A stretch of DNA of 63,911 nucleotides, filler included, from Octopus bimaculoides (taxonomy: Eukaryota): the NCBI RefSeq assembly GCF_001194135.2. It is 4 parts of 4 records of this genome, joined end to end, with 100 filler letters (N's around TTAATTAATTAA, not from the genome) between each part and the next. Parts side by side here need not be neighbours in the genome. Positions count along the whole stretch, not along the records: positions 1 to 26,346 come from NC_068990.1; 3 more parts are not named here. One strand, written 5' to 3'. Positions within the stretch are counted from its first letter, which is position 1; each line of letters begins with the position of its first letter. Below, one piece after another: positions 1 through 12,127 of this stretch. A model generated the notes under the pieces. That model saw only the letters and a list, made by a program, of their open reading frames with translations. It did not search any database and was not told where the DNA came from. Both the position numbers and the translations under genes were made by a program.

Positions 1-299
1 GTATATATATATATATATATATATAATTGTGAAGGGAACATGTTGAAGGGGTAGATTCAGAAAGATGTGGGACAAAGATGAAGTAGTGAGAAAGGACCCA
101 CAGACATTGAGACTCACAAAGGAGATAACAGGGGACTGTGACTCCTGGCAGTTTGCTGTACTTGAGAAGATATGTCAAGCTAAGTAAAATTGTGGTTGTC
201 CTTGCATTCAGGTATGCACCCTGCATTCCTCTCCAACTGAGTATTCCTAATCTTATGGGCTCATGGGTGCTGGTGTCATGTAAAAAGGCACCTGTACTA

Positions 300-470
300 G
301 TTCCACATAAAAGCACTCATGCTCTTGCTATGTAAAAGCATCCAGTACACTCTGTAAAGTGGTTAGCATTAGGAAGAGCATCCAGCCATGGAAACCATGC
401 CAAAAAGAAATGGAATTTGGGCAGCTTCTATCAAACCATCCACCTGTGCGAGCATAGAAAACAAGTGTTA
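300..470 (+). repeat. Diverged remnant of the RTE 3'UTR-type dispersed repeat
   Basis: gtggttagcattaggaagagcatccagc resembles gtggttggcgttaggaagggcatccagc at ~30517 and the 3'UTR of the RTE at 12130-12650; boundaries approximate. Confidence 0.45.
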
Positions 471-704
471 AATGCTACTACTGGTGTGTGTGTGTGTGTG
501 TGCGTGTGCGTGTGTGTGTGTGTAGTGTATTTTGGGTAAAAACTGTGTAATGCATGTTTAAGAGCTCCTATGCTGTTGTGTGGCTGCCACATCTTATTAT
601 ACCTTAGAAACTCAGAATTACAACAAATGCTCATTTTCTTTGATTTTGAATACTTTATGTTATGATAAGTGTTCTTCTTTGCATATGTCTTGTTGAGAAA
701 AGTA

Positions 705-1977
705 TTGGGTTGTCCGGAAAGTTCATGCTGATTTATAGTAGCTTACCTTTCGACTTATTTTAGAACATGTTGAGTCCATAAAATAGGATTTGACTACACC
801 TCCATTTAGAGCACAGTTTAAGCTATCTTTTTGTGGAAAAAGGTTTATGTTCCTATAACCTGTGTTAATTCTGTAACCCTTTAAAATGGAAGATAAGAAA
901 GTTCATTTTTGGCACTTGATGCTTTTCTTTTTCCATAAAAGGAAAAATGCCTCACAAGCAACCAAAGAAATATGTGCAGTTTACGGTGATGTTTCTTTAT
1001 CCGAAAGAACTGTACAGAAGTGGTTCGCAAGGTTCCAAGCTGGAGATTAGCCTTATTGATAAAGAGCAATCAGGCAGACCATCCACTACAGATGATGACC
1101 CAATAAAGTCATTAATTGAGAATAACCCACATTGCACAACCCGAGAATTGGCAGAAAGCCTCAACCTATCAAAATCCGTTGTTCATGAGCACCTGGGTAC
1201 ACAAATCGCTGTGATGTTTGGGTACCACATGAGTTGAGTGAGAAGAACCTTTTGGATCACATTTCCATCTGTGATTCGCTTTATAAACGGAATGAAAACA
1301 TACCTTTCTTAAAGCAAATTGCGATAGGTGATGAGAAATGGATTATCTACCGAAATGTTCAGAGAAAGCGATCCTGGAGTAAGCAAAATGAGCCACCCTT
1401 AGCCACCCTAAAAGCAGGTCTTCACCCTAAAAAAAGTCTTGCTTTGTGTCTGGTGGGATCGGAAAGGAATTCTGTACTATGAGCTTCTTCCAAGTAACCA
1501 GACAATTAATTCTGATAAATACTGCACACAACTGGACGAGTTAAAAGCAGCAATTCAAGAAAAATGTCCAGAATTGGCCAACAGGAAGGGTGTTATTTCC
1601 CAACATGATAATGCAAGACTGCACGTTTCTTTGGGAACCAGACAAAAATTGCTGTAGCTTGGCTGGGATGTGTTACCCCACCCTCCATATTCACCAGATA
1701 TTGCCCCTTCGGATTTTCCACTTATTCAAATCTCTGCAGAATAGTCTTAATGGTAAAAATTTCAATTCCCTGGATGAAGTAATAAGATACCTTGATGAAT
1801 TCTTTGCCATGAAACCACCTCAATTCTGGGAAGAGGGTATTTTCAAGTTACAGGAAAGATGGAGACGCATTGTGCAACAAAATGGTTTTTATTTGGTTGA
1901 TTAAAAATGTAATGGCAAGTATTTATTGACCTTTTTCTTTCTTTTAAAAATCAGCACAAACTTTCCGGACAACCCAA
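705..1977 (+). mobile_element. Full-length defective mariner (Tc1/mariner, D,D34D) transposon, 1273 bp
   Basis: 30-bp TIRs ttgggttgtccggaaagttcatgctgattt (705-734) and aaatcagcacaaactttccggacaacccaa (1948-1977), 28/30 identical; TA on both sides (703-704, 1978-1979); encloses transposase remnants. Confidence 0.95.
886..1904 (+). pseudogene. Mariner transposase pseudogene (frameshifts and stops)
   Basis: ATG at 886 (MEDKKVHF...); stitched frames give WVPHEL, GDEKW, HDNAR and PYSPDIAPSDF motifs, ending FYLVD* at 1904. Confidence 0.9.
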
Positions 1978-2749
1978 TATATATTTCTTTGATTTTGCAT
2001 TTTCTCTTTCATTGGGGAGCATTTCTTATAAATGTGAGTTTCTTTAAAAAGATTGAAAAGGCTAGAAAGTGATTCATGAAGCCTTTAACAATGAATACAT
2101 GTACCTATACAAAAATAAAAGAATACATAGAAAAGACATGGGCATGATAGCGTGCTTAAAACATAAACAATGGATCAAAACACATGATTAAGATAACAAT
2201 GATCATGAGAAAACATCAAAACAGCTATTGTGCTAATTTGATTGCTCGAAGTGTTAAATAAATTGCTCTGAAACAAATTTGAATGCTTGAAAAGACACTT
2301 CCTCGCATTCTGACTAATTTGAATGATCTTGACGGACATTTTAATTTGAATGATGTGAATACTAAATTCTTTGACTGAAGTGTGAAATTGAATGACTAGA
2401 AAATGAATTTGAATGACTAGCTTCATGGCAATAATTTTTTTCGTGGATTTGAATGACCCAGTTATCAAATTGAATGACACATACGAAAATGACTGCAAAA
2501 ACTTACATCAAAGGTTGCTAACCTCCATCCTGATGTTACATTATATATATAAATATATCTAAATACATACACAAACATGCATGTACACACACACATGGCT
2601 TCATAGAATCCTGTGGCAATCACAGAAAGGACCTGACTATCATACCAAATAGTAATCCAGTACAGAGGAGTGTAATGTAGAGTCCTTTGTAGCTAAAACC
2701 TAGTAGATCCAATCTATGAAATTATTTCATGTGGAGTATATACATCATA

Positions 2750-2968
2750 AAAAGTCAGGCAATATGAGAGGTGAATATGTTTATTTAACCATTTGATATC
2801 CATGGGATAAAGCTGTATGGCAGCTTTCATCGTGTAATAAAAAATTTCAGTATATAATTTCAATGTAAAATAATTTATTATACATTGAAATTATTATTAT
2901 ATCATGAAGGCTTATGGATATCAAGTGGATAGATGAATATATTCACCTCTTATACCTCCTGACGTTTT
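2750..2968. repeat. Palindromic foldback / MITE-like element
   Basis: Outer arms tcaggcaatatgagaggtgaatat...gatatccat and atggatatc...atattcacctcttatacctcctga are reverse complements; inner perfect 14-bp IR ataatttcaatgta (2854-2867) / tacattgaaattat (2881-2894). Confidence 0.65.
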
Positions 2969-3769
2969 TGATACACACATACATATATAATTGAAAACCA
3001 AAAGGAGAGTGGAGGTTTATTCACTTTTTTATTAAAAAGTTTTCTACAGCATATATAACAATGACCAACATATGTTTCTACTGTAACAACTGCACATTGC
3101 TCTGTATGCAATTATCCATCCTAGTCACTGCAATTTCATCAAGGGTCCATCACTTAAGATATTTTCAAAGTGAACTAATTCAAGCAAGCTTCCTGTGTTG
3201 GTATTCAGTTGAAGGTGATAGTGTCACTTTTTAAATCAAATTGAATTCTGGTCTTATAATCACCTCTACTGGTATTACAGTTGAATCATGGTTTTAAAAT
3301 GTTTATTTATATTGCAATTGTAGCAGTTTTCTTTACATTTTGCTGTATGGAGTACATTTCTATTCAGAGGTATTTCACTTATTCTGGGTTTATACCCTTA
3401 AGTTAATATTATTGTTATTATTATTATAATTATATTTATTAGTATTATTTGCATAAATATCATTTATTAACACAATCATTATTTTAACTAGTATAATTAC
3501 TATAGATGGTAAGTTATGTTTATTGAAATTGTTTAAACATATATTTTGTTCAGTGTGGACATCTCATAGCCTGTTCCTGCCTACTGTTTATAAAGAGTAA
3601 ATTTAAAAGTGAATTTTTGGTACTTATTTTCCACACAAAGGTCACATCTATTATCACCTATTCTATAAGATTTTGCCTTACTAATTATTTCCCAAGCAAT
3701 GGAAAACATTTTAATGTCCAAATTAGCCTACTAATATGACTCTCCTCAGACAGAATAATATATACATAT

Positions 3770-4890
3770 ATATCATCATCATCGTTCAACGTCCGCTTTC
3801 CATGCTAGCATGGGNNNNNNNNNNNNNNNNNNNNNNNNNNNNNNNNNNNNNNNNNNNNNNNNNNNNNNNNNNNNNNNNNNNNNNNNNNNNNNNNNNNNNN
3901 NNNNNNNNNNNNNNNNNNNNNNNNNNNNNNNNNNNNNNNNNNNNNNNNNNNNNNNNNNNNNNNNNNNNNNNNNNNNNNNNNNNNNNNNNNNNNNNNNNNN
4001 NNNNNNNNNNNNNNNNNNNNNNNNNNNNNNNNNNNNNNNNNNNNNNNNNNNNNNNNNNNNNNNNNNNNNNNNNNNNNNNNNNNNNNNNNNNNNNNNNNNN
4101 NNNNNNNNNNNNNNNNNNNNNNNCAGATTTGATGGTGCTTTTTATGTGCCACTGTCACAGGGAGCTAGTCAGGCAGCTCTGGCAGCAACCCACACATGAA
4201 TGAATGGTGCTTGTTGCATGTCACCAGCACTGGTAATGGCCACAACTACACGAAGGTCATGCTTCACCACCTCATCTCATGTTTTCCTGGGTCTCCCTCT
4301 TCCTTGGGTTCCTTCCACTGTTAAAGAGTGACACTTCTTCACACAGCTCTCCTCATCCATACGTAGCACATGACCAAACCAGCGCAGTCATCTCTCTTGC
4401 ACACCACATCTGATGTTTCTTATGTCCAACAGTTCTCTCAGGGTGCTTACACTCTGTCATGTGTGCACACTAACATTATACATCCAGTGGATCATACTAT
4501 CTTCATTTCTTTTGAGTCTGCACATGTCCTCAACAGTCATGGCCCATGTTTCACTCATGCATCGTACAATCTACCTTTCACTCTGAGCGAGAGGCCCGTT
4601 GTTGCCAGCAGAGGTAGGAGCTTTCTGAACTTTGCCCAGGCTATTCTTATTCTAGTGGCAATGCTCTCTAAACATTCACCCCCACTACAGACTTGGTCAC
4701 CTAGGTTGCAGAAGCTATCAACTACTTCTAGTTTCTTCCCCTGGCATGTGATGGAATCAGTTTTCTGAGCATCTGCAGTGTTTATTGCCCCTGTGCCACA
4801 CACAAAAGCTATCTTCCCGGTTAACCTTCCTTTGATTTTGCTGCACCTCTTATGTGTCCATAGTTTACACTGGGTACATCTTATGAAGTT
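3770..4890 (-). mobile_element. 5'-truncated RTE-clade LINE (C-terminal ORF, 3'UTR and (GAT)n tail), interrupted by a gap
   Basis: ORF 4555-4803 LEVVDSFCNLGD...RIRIAWAKFRKLLPLL...RVKGRLYDA; tail catcatcatcgttcaacgtccgctttccatgc at ~3773 matches the end of the 12130 copy. Confidence 0.85.
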
Positions 4891-5389
4891 TCTACCTATA
4901 TATATAGGTGTGTTGATGCAAACAGCAAAAATATCTATATTTTTATTAATGTTTAGCAGAAGTAACAGAGTGACTCAAGGTCCGAGAGTTTTGTTTGATA
5001 GTGCTAACACACGAAACTCTCAGACCCTGAGTCACTCTGTTACTTCCGCTATCTATCTATCTTTCTATCTATCTATATACATGTATGTATAATTGTGTGT
5101 ATGTGTGTGTGCGTATGAATATATGTATATATGTTTAAGTATAGGTATATGACTATGTATGCCTTTATGGCTGTATAAATGGATGTTTATCTGTATATAT
5201 GTGTATGTTTACACATATATATCACAGACACATGTATATGCATAATACAGGACTGGACATCTATATATTGTATATATCTGTGTGAGCATGCATATGTTTC
5301 AGTATGTATAGAAGTATTTTCTGAGTGTGTGTGTGTGTGTGTATACAACAAATTAACTCCAGTACATATGAACACAAATATACAGACTA

Positions 5390-5878
5390 AAATTGCTGCT
5401 GATGCTGCTGGTGGTGTTGTCACTGCTGGAGTTGGGGCTGCTGCTGTTGGTGCTGGTGTTGGTGTTGGTGCCAGTCATATTCTCGTCCCTGTGCATGTTG
5501 CCTGTGGTGCAGTCATTGTGTTGCTGCTGCTGATGCTGGTATTGCTGCTGTTGTTGTTGATGGAGTCGGGGCTACTATTGTTGTCGCTGGTGATAGTGGA
5601 GGATGTAGTGGTGGTGATGGTAGTGCTATCGCCACTGTCAGTTCTGCTGCTGTTGCTATTATAGCCAGTGATAGAACTGGATCTGTTGCCTCTGCTACTA
5701 CTACTATAGTAGCCAATAGGCCTGGCATCATGGATGTCGGAGAAGCTATTGGTAAGGCTGGTGGTGGTGATGTTGCAGCTGTTGGGGATGCTGTGATCCA
5801 TTGTGGCAATGGTAGCTGTGTTACTGGCTCTGTTGGTAACACAGTAACACAGCCACCATCGCCACCACCACCACAATC
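5390..5878. repeat. Low-complexity GCT/GGT/GTT trinucleotide mosaic
   Basis: Imperfect trinucleotide runs; explains the overlapping Ser/Thr/Ala-rich ORFs 5179-5908. Confidence 0.7.
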
Positions 5879-5879
5879 A

Positions 5880-6050
5880 CTGGTATTATAACCGCCTTGA
5901 GATGCCACATTATTTCAATTTCTATGAGCAAATCTTTATATTTTCTGAGCTTGTCAAATTCTTTTGTTGAGATAATATGATTACAAGGAATACTCATATC
6001 AATTAATAAGTAAACTTTATTGTTTTGGGCTTTCACAATATCCAGTTCAT
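5880..6050 (-). mobile_element. R4/Dong-like non-LTR retrotransposon fragment (restriction-like endonuclease region)
   Basis: ORF 5821-6036 LLIDMSIP...KEFDKLRKYKDLLIEIEIMWHLKAVIIPVIV fits the RLE C-terminus pattern (IDVxIP...KxxKYxDLxxEIxxMW...PVV). Confidence 0.7.
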
Positions 6051-6340
6051 TAGCTTTGATGGTTCAGTATGTATGTACTGGAAAGTCTCAAGCAATTATT
6101 ACATTTTCTCTCTCAATTACAACCTCAGGGTGGGGATTATATCACACAAGGACAGTTTTGAAAACAACAAAAAAATAATTAATGCTGTTTAATGAGAACT
6201 TCTAATATGAGCACAATTTGGGGAATAGTTTTACTCATTTGATTAACCTCAGTACCCAGTGAGTGCAGAGGGAGTAAAGGCAAAGTCAGTTTTAGTATAC
6301 TTGTTAATAATAGTAATAATAATCTTTTCTGCTGAAGGTA

Positions 6341-6530
6341 CAAGACCTGAAATTTTGGGAGAGGGGACTAGTCAATTACATCAACCCTAGTGCTTCACTG
6401 GCACTTATTTTATCGACCCAGAAAAGATGAAAGGCAAAGTCAACCTCAGCAGAATTTGAACCCAGAACATAAGGACAAACAAAATGCTATGAAGCATTTT
6501 GGCTGGTGTGTTAATGATTCTGCCAGCTCG
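6341..6530 (-). mobile_element. tRNA-derived SINE, family A
   Basis: Minus strand: A-box tggcagaatcatt, B-box gggttcaaattc, central gaggttgactttgcctttcatc shared with 25951, 53993 and 57739 copies. Confidence 0.8.
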
Positions 6531-6537
6531 CTACCTA

Positions 6538-6543
6538 ATAATA

Positions 6544-6581
<38 letters not shown>

Positions 6582-6594
6582 AATGATAATGATG

Positions 6595-6639
<45 letters not shown>
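6538..6639. repeat. Compound (GAT)n(AAT)n microsatellite
   Basis: Directly visible. Confidence 0.95.
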
Positions 6640-6649
6640 GGCAAAGGAA

Positions 6650-6837
6650 TATCTAAGTGAATTCCAATTGCAACAAATTCAAGAATTAGACGAACTAGAA
6701 ACACCTGCAGAAAAAGCTAAGCGCTTGAAAACCCGTGCTAAAATTGCTGCCTTAGCTATTATGACTGAAAAATGGCATGGAAAACCTCTCAATGGCAAAT
6801 ACCCAAAGAGAGCGAATAATGCAGATATTGACAAAGC
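6650..6837 (+). mobile_element. R4/Dong-like non-LTR retrotransposon fragment running into a gap
   Basis: EKWHGKPLNGKYPKRANNADIDK resembles the WxxKPLHGxY...DxDK segment that precedes the CCHC/RLE region of RLE-class LINEs. Confidence 0.65.
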
Positions 6838-7693
6838 NNNNNNNNNNNNNNNNNNNNNNNNNNNNNNNNNNNNNNNNNNNNNNNNNNNNNNNNNNNNNNN
6901 NNNNNNNNNNNNNNNNNNNNNNNNNNNNNNNNNNNNNNNNNNNNNNNNNNNNNNNNNNNNNNNNNNNNNNNNNNNNNNNNNNNNNNNNNNNNNNNNNNNN
7001 NNNNNNNNNNNNNNNNNNNNNNNNNNNNNNNNNNNNNNNNNNNNNNNNNNNNNNNNNNNNNNNNNNNNNNNNNNNNNNNNNNNNNNNNNNNNNNNNNNNN
7101 NNNNNNNNNNNNNNNNNNNNNNNNNNNNNNNNNNNNNNNNNNNNNNNNNNNNNNNNNNNNNNNNNNNNNNNNNNNNNNNNNNNNNNNNNNNNNNNNNNNN
7201 NNNNNNNNNNNNNNNNNNNNNNNNNNNNNNNNNNNNNNNNNNNNNNNNNNNNNNNNNNNNNNNNNNNNNNNNNNNNNNNNNNNNNNNNNNNNNNNNNNNN
7301 NNNNNNNNNNNNNNNNNNNNNNNNNNNNNNNNNNNNNNNNNNNNNNNNNNNNNNNNNNNNNNNNNNNNNNNNNNNNNNNNNNNNNNNNNNNNNNNNNNNN
7401 NNNNNNNNNNNNNNNNNNNNNNNNNNNNNNNNNNNNNNNNNNNNNNNNNNNNNNNNNNNNNNNNNNNNNNNNNNNNNNNNNNNNNNNNNNNNNNNNNNNN
7501 NNNNNNNNNNNNNNNNNNNNNNNNNNNNNNTCTTATGGTTTCTTAAACATTCACTTGAACAAAACTGTACAAATCCAAATATATGGTACCTTAGGCATAA
7601 CACCTACATGAACTTCTAACTTGTTGTCTCTTGAGGTCTCTGGGTGAGACTTGGATCCAACTTGTACAAATGCAAAACAAAAGTCAAACATAA

Positions 7694-7734
<41 letters not shown>

Positions 7735-7754
7735 CAACAACAATGATTTCAAAT

Positions 7755-7951
7755 TGTTGCCACAAGGGCAGCTTGGGAGAGGGGATTAAGTTGATTACAT
7801 CGACCCCAGTATGTAACTGGTACTTATTTAATTGACCCCAGAAGAATGAAAGGCAAAGTTGACCTTGGTAAAATTTGAACTCAGAACTTAAGGATGGATG
7901 AAATGCCATGAAGCATTTTTCCCAGTGTGCTAACGATTCTGCCAGCTCACC
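7755..7951 (-). mobile_element. tRNA-derived SINE, family A
   Basis: Same A/B boxes and central domain as 6341-6530. Confidence 0.8.
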
Positions 7952-8639
7952 TGATAATAATGATGATGATGATGATGATGATTTCATTTATTTGCCTTGG
8001 AAGTGTTAACATGTATGCGTTTTGTCTTGGAGTAAAAGATGGGCTATAGCAAATATTCTGCTCAATAAAGCAAGTTTGCTTGACCTTAGCTAGTTAAGCA
8101 TGTCCTTTGGTAGCTAATGATATCTGTATCTCTGATCATGAGCAGGAGTAGTGGGGGAGCATCATAGCTCTATGTTGAGAGGGGTTCTTTGTAGTTTGAA
8201 TAATTCATCCCTGGAAACATTGGTGTTTCATTTTCATCCTTTCGTTAAATAACCCTTATTCAGGGACCTTTTGAACAGGGTGGGCTACTCAGCCTGAAGA
8301 AAATTCTAACTGGGTCCCACCTGCAAGGTCATGTGCTGTTTATCTTGTTATGAGGTAGGTCACCATGTTGCATACATATGGTTGTGATGCATGAGCTTGG
8401 TGTACCCTTGTCAGAATGGGTATGTTGGGCTTTGTATATTTGCACTCCAGTGTCACTTTCATGGTGTGTGTTGTTCTCTCACTCAATAATAATAATAATG
8501 ATAACGATAATGATAATAGTAATAATTGTTGTTATTATTATTCAGTGGGAGAGTAGTGCATGGATGCTTTTATGAGGTATCAGCATGGATGCTTTTACAT
8601 GGGACTGGCAAGAGTGCATTTACATGAGATCAGTACAAA

Positions 8640-10450
8640 GCTTTTATTTGGCACCAGCACCCACAAGCCCACAAGACTAAGACAGGGATGTCAGAGACAT
8701 GCCTGTGTGTATGTGTGGCCACGATTTTACTTAGCTTGACATATCTTCTCATTTACTTAGCTTGACATATCTTCTCAAGCACATCAAACCACCAGAAGTC
8801 TCAATCCCTTGTTATCTCTTCAGTGAGGTCCAATGTCTGAAGATCCTTTCTCAGCACTTCATCCTATGTCTTTCTGGGTCTATCCCTTCCACACATTCCC
8901 TCTACAACTGGAAAATGGCACTTCTTGGTGCAGCTTTCCTCATTCCATATGTATCACATGGCCATAAGAACACAGTCTTATCTCTTGCACACTACATCTC
9001 ATGCGTTGTATAGCCAATTTTTCTCTCATATCACTTACATTGTCGTACATTACCCATCCAGTGGAGCATGCTGCTTCATTCCTTTCAAGCTTTCACATGT
9101 CCTCAGTAGTCACAGCACATGTCTCACAACCAAGTAGCAAAGCTGTTCATACACAGGCATCATACAATCTGCGTTTCACTCTGAGGGAGAGGGCCTTTGT
9201 TACTACCAAAAGTAGAAGCACTCTGAAATTTGCCCAGCCCATTCTTATTCTTACAGAACCACCTCCTATTCTTTCAAAACCACCTCCTCCACTGTTAACT
9301 TGGTTGTCTAAGTAACAGAAACTATCTATTACTTCTAAGGATACCCGCTGAACATTTGAGGGAGTCTGTTTTCTGTACATTCATAGTATTTAATGTACCT
9401 GCACATCTGCCACATGCAAAAACTACTTTTTCTGTTAACCTTCTTGGGATACTGATATACCTCTTATGTGTCCATAGTGTGCACTGGGTACATTCTTTCT
9501 TTGACTTGTTTCAGTCATTTGACCGTGGTCATGATGGAGCACCGCTGAACAAATCAACCCCAGGACTTATTCTTTGTAAGCCTAGTACTTATTCTATCGG
9601 TCTCTTTTGCCGAACCGCTAACACACCAGCATTGGTTGTCAAGCGATAGTGGGGGGACAAACACAGACACAAACAAACACACACACAGACACAAACACAC
9701 ACAGACACATATATACATATATATATGACAGGCTTCTTTTAGTTTCCGTCTACCAAATCCACTCACAAGGCTTTGGTCGGCCCTCGCCTATAGTAGAAGA
9801 CGCTTGCCCAAGGTGCCACACAGTGGGACTGAACCCGGAACCGTGTGGTTGGTAAGCAAGCTACTTACCACACAGCCACTCCTGCACCTATATGGAGTTT
9901 CTACCAACACTTTTTCTACATGTCGAACAAAGCCATCTTCCTAAAGGGATTAATGATTGTTAGTTTTCTTACTTACTAGGACTTTGGTCTTTGTTGAATT
10001 TACTCTAAGACCTTTTGATTCCACACCTGAAATTTCTATTCTAGTTCTGGTAGTGATTGAGCAATGAGAACAAGTCATCAACATAGAGGAGCTCTAAAGG
10101 GCAGCCAGTCTTAAACTTTTGTTATGGCCTGGAGATCTATGATAAACAAGAGCGGGTTGAGAACCAATTCTTGGTGAATTCCTACTTTATTGGCAGCATC
10201 CCAGTACATGACTTGTACAGCTCTCACCAACCACTTACCTATCCCTAGCTTTAGCATTGCCCACTAGACCACTAGATAAGGGAATAGGGGTCCCAATTTT
10301 TGGCTAAATACTTCTCCAGCAGTTGCCTCACCAGGAAGACAGCATCAGTAGTGCTTCTTCCTGAAGGATCAGGGGCTTTCCCAGTCCTCATGTCCTTAAT
10401 TGCTTTATCTACTAAACTACTGTTGATTCAGATAGCTGGTCCCTCTATTT
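8640..10450 (-). mobile_element. Degenerate RTE-clade LINE with an internal deletion and a nested SINE
   Basis: ORF 9147-9380 LEVIDSFCYLDNQV...RMGWANFRVLL; 9892-10450 is colinear with the RT region of the 13740-14640 copy but lacks roughly 280 bp. Confidence 0.85.
9497..9891 (-). mobile_element. Full-length tRNA-derived SINE, family B (CORE-like), nested in the RTE
   Basis: Head ataggtgcaggagtggctgtgtggtaag, caccttgggcaag core, internal (CA)n/(TA)n, 3' half shared with 63020-63437; removing it rejoins RTE cattct|atggag. Confidence 0.9.
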
Positions 10451-10480
10451 GATCTATATTAGGCACACACACACACACAC

Positions 10481-10511
<31 letters not shown>

Positions 10512-10611
10512 TNNNNNNNNNNNNNNNNNNNNNNNNNNNNNNNNNNNNNNNNNNNNNNNNNNNNNNNNNNNNNNNNNNNNNNNNNNNNNNNNNNNNNNNN
10601 NNNNNNNNNNN

Positions 10612-11880
10612 NTATACGCATATGCACCACAAACAGCTTGGCATTCATACATGACGTGAAAGTGTCACTGAGGCTTTTTTCGGACCGTAATTTAATAGAA
10701 CTAGTGATGTAAGGACCACAAAAGACCACGCACATATGAAATACTAGAAATGCTCATCTCATCTCTAGCTTGAATTTCCACAAAACTGAGAAAGAGGTCC
10801 TGAAATGTAACTGGTCCACCATCCTCTCTGGGGAAAACATCGACATGAAACTACAGAACTTCATGGAAACCATATATGATATCTGCAGTAAGTTTACCCC
10901 AAAGTGAACACCAAATCAATGGGCAAAGAAAAATATAATACCCAGGAATAGGAGAGTACTAATGAGACAAAGAGTAAAAATCTCAAGCCATCTAAATGAA
11001 CATCTAAAAGATTTCAAACGACTCGACCCCGAATGCACTTTGCTTGAGATTGAAAATGCACTCAAACATTCCCATGAAAAGGAAAGGGCAGAAAAAGAAG
11101 CCAGGGCTATCAAAAACATTAAAGCGGCCTTCTATAGATATGCAAAATAATCTGCTTCAGTGCGTTACAAAATAGGACGCTACTTGATGAAAACGGCTCG
11201 CCAACTGCGGACTCCCAAGTGAATTACTGAATGCACAATACAAGAGTGCTTTCAGCATACCGCTGGGGAAGCTATGAGTGAATGTGCCGGATAGGTTCTT
11301 TGACCCCAAAGACACACATTGTGAAATGGCAACTATTGATAATACTAACACAGAGGAAATTAATGTGATATCAGCCATTGAAGAGCTGAGCTCAAACTCA
11401 GCAATGGGCCCTGATGGATTCCCTGCAATCCTCCTAAAGAAATGTAATAGAGCTCTAGCTAGACTGCTTCAAATCCTTTTCCAGGAGTCCCTCAGGATAG
11501 AGGGAATAATATGCCCTATCCATAAGGGAGGAAGCAGGGCAGAGGCTAGAAATTATAGACCTGTCTCCCTGACCTCCCACATCAGTAAAGTCATGGAGCG
11601 CATTGTCAGGAAAAGGCTGATTGAGTTCCTTGAGGACAATGACCTGCTCTCTGACACCCAACATGGCTTTTGCCTGGGAAGGAGCTGTCTTACACAGCTT
11701 CTGCGACACTATGACTGGGTACTGAAGCAATTAATGAACTGCTCAAAAGTGGATGTGGTATACCTCAACTTTGTGAAGGCATTTGACAAGGTCGACCATG
11801 GAATGATATGCCACAAAATATGGAGACTCAGCATCACCGGTAAAGTCGGAGAGTGGCTGCATGATTTCTGAAAGGACAGG
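10612..11880 (+). mobile_element. CR1/L2-group LINE ORF2 fragment (end of APE endonuclease to N-terminal RT)
   Basis: SDRNLI (SDH-like) near 10680; ORF 11278-11871 AMGPDGFP...NYRPVSLTSHISKVMERIV...QHGF..GRSCLTQL...YLNFVKAFDKVDH. Confidence 0.88.
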
Positions 11881-12127
11881 ACACATTTATGTGGCCATGA
11901 AACACATGTAGTCTTTCATCCACTTTCGTTTTTATAAACTTATTAAACTGTTTTAAATTTTTAGTCCAATATTTCAAAGATTTTATATATTACAAATTTT
12001 CTCTTGGATTTTTTAGGTTTTTAAACTAGTATTTTGTATAGTACACTTTTCTAGATGGTGTCTGATCTCCTTCATCGTGTGAATTGCACCATGGTGGTTC
12101 TCTGAATTATTAAAATACATATATACA

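Noticed and set aside
7531-7615. About 85-bp match to the reverse complement of 47345-47432
   Set aside because: Treated as an ordinary dispersed repeat fragment; it explains the non-Merlin tail of ORF 47344-47730
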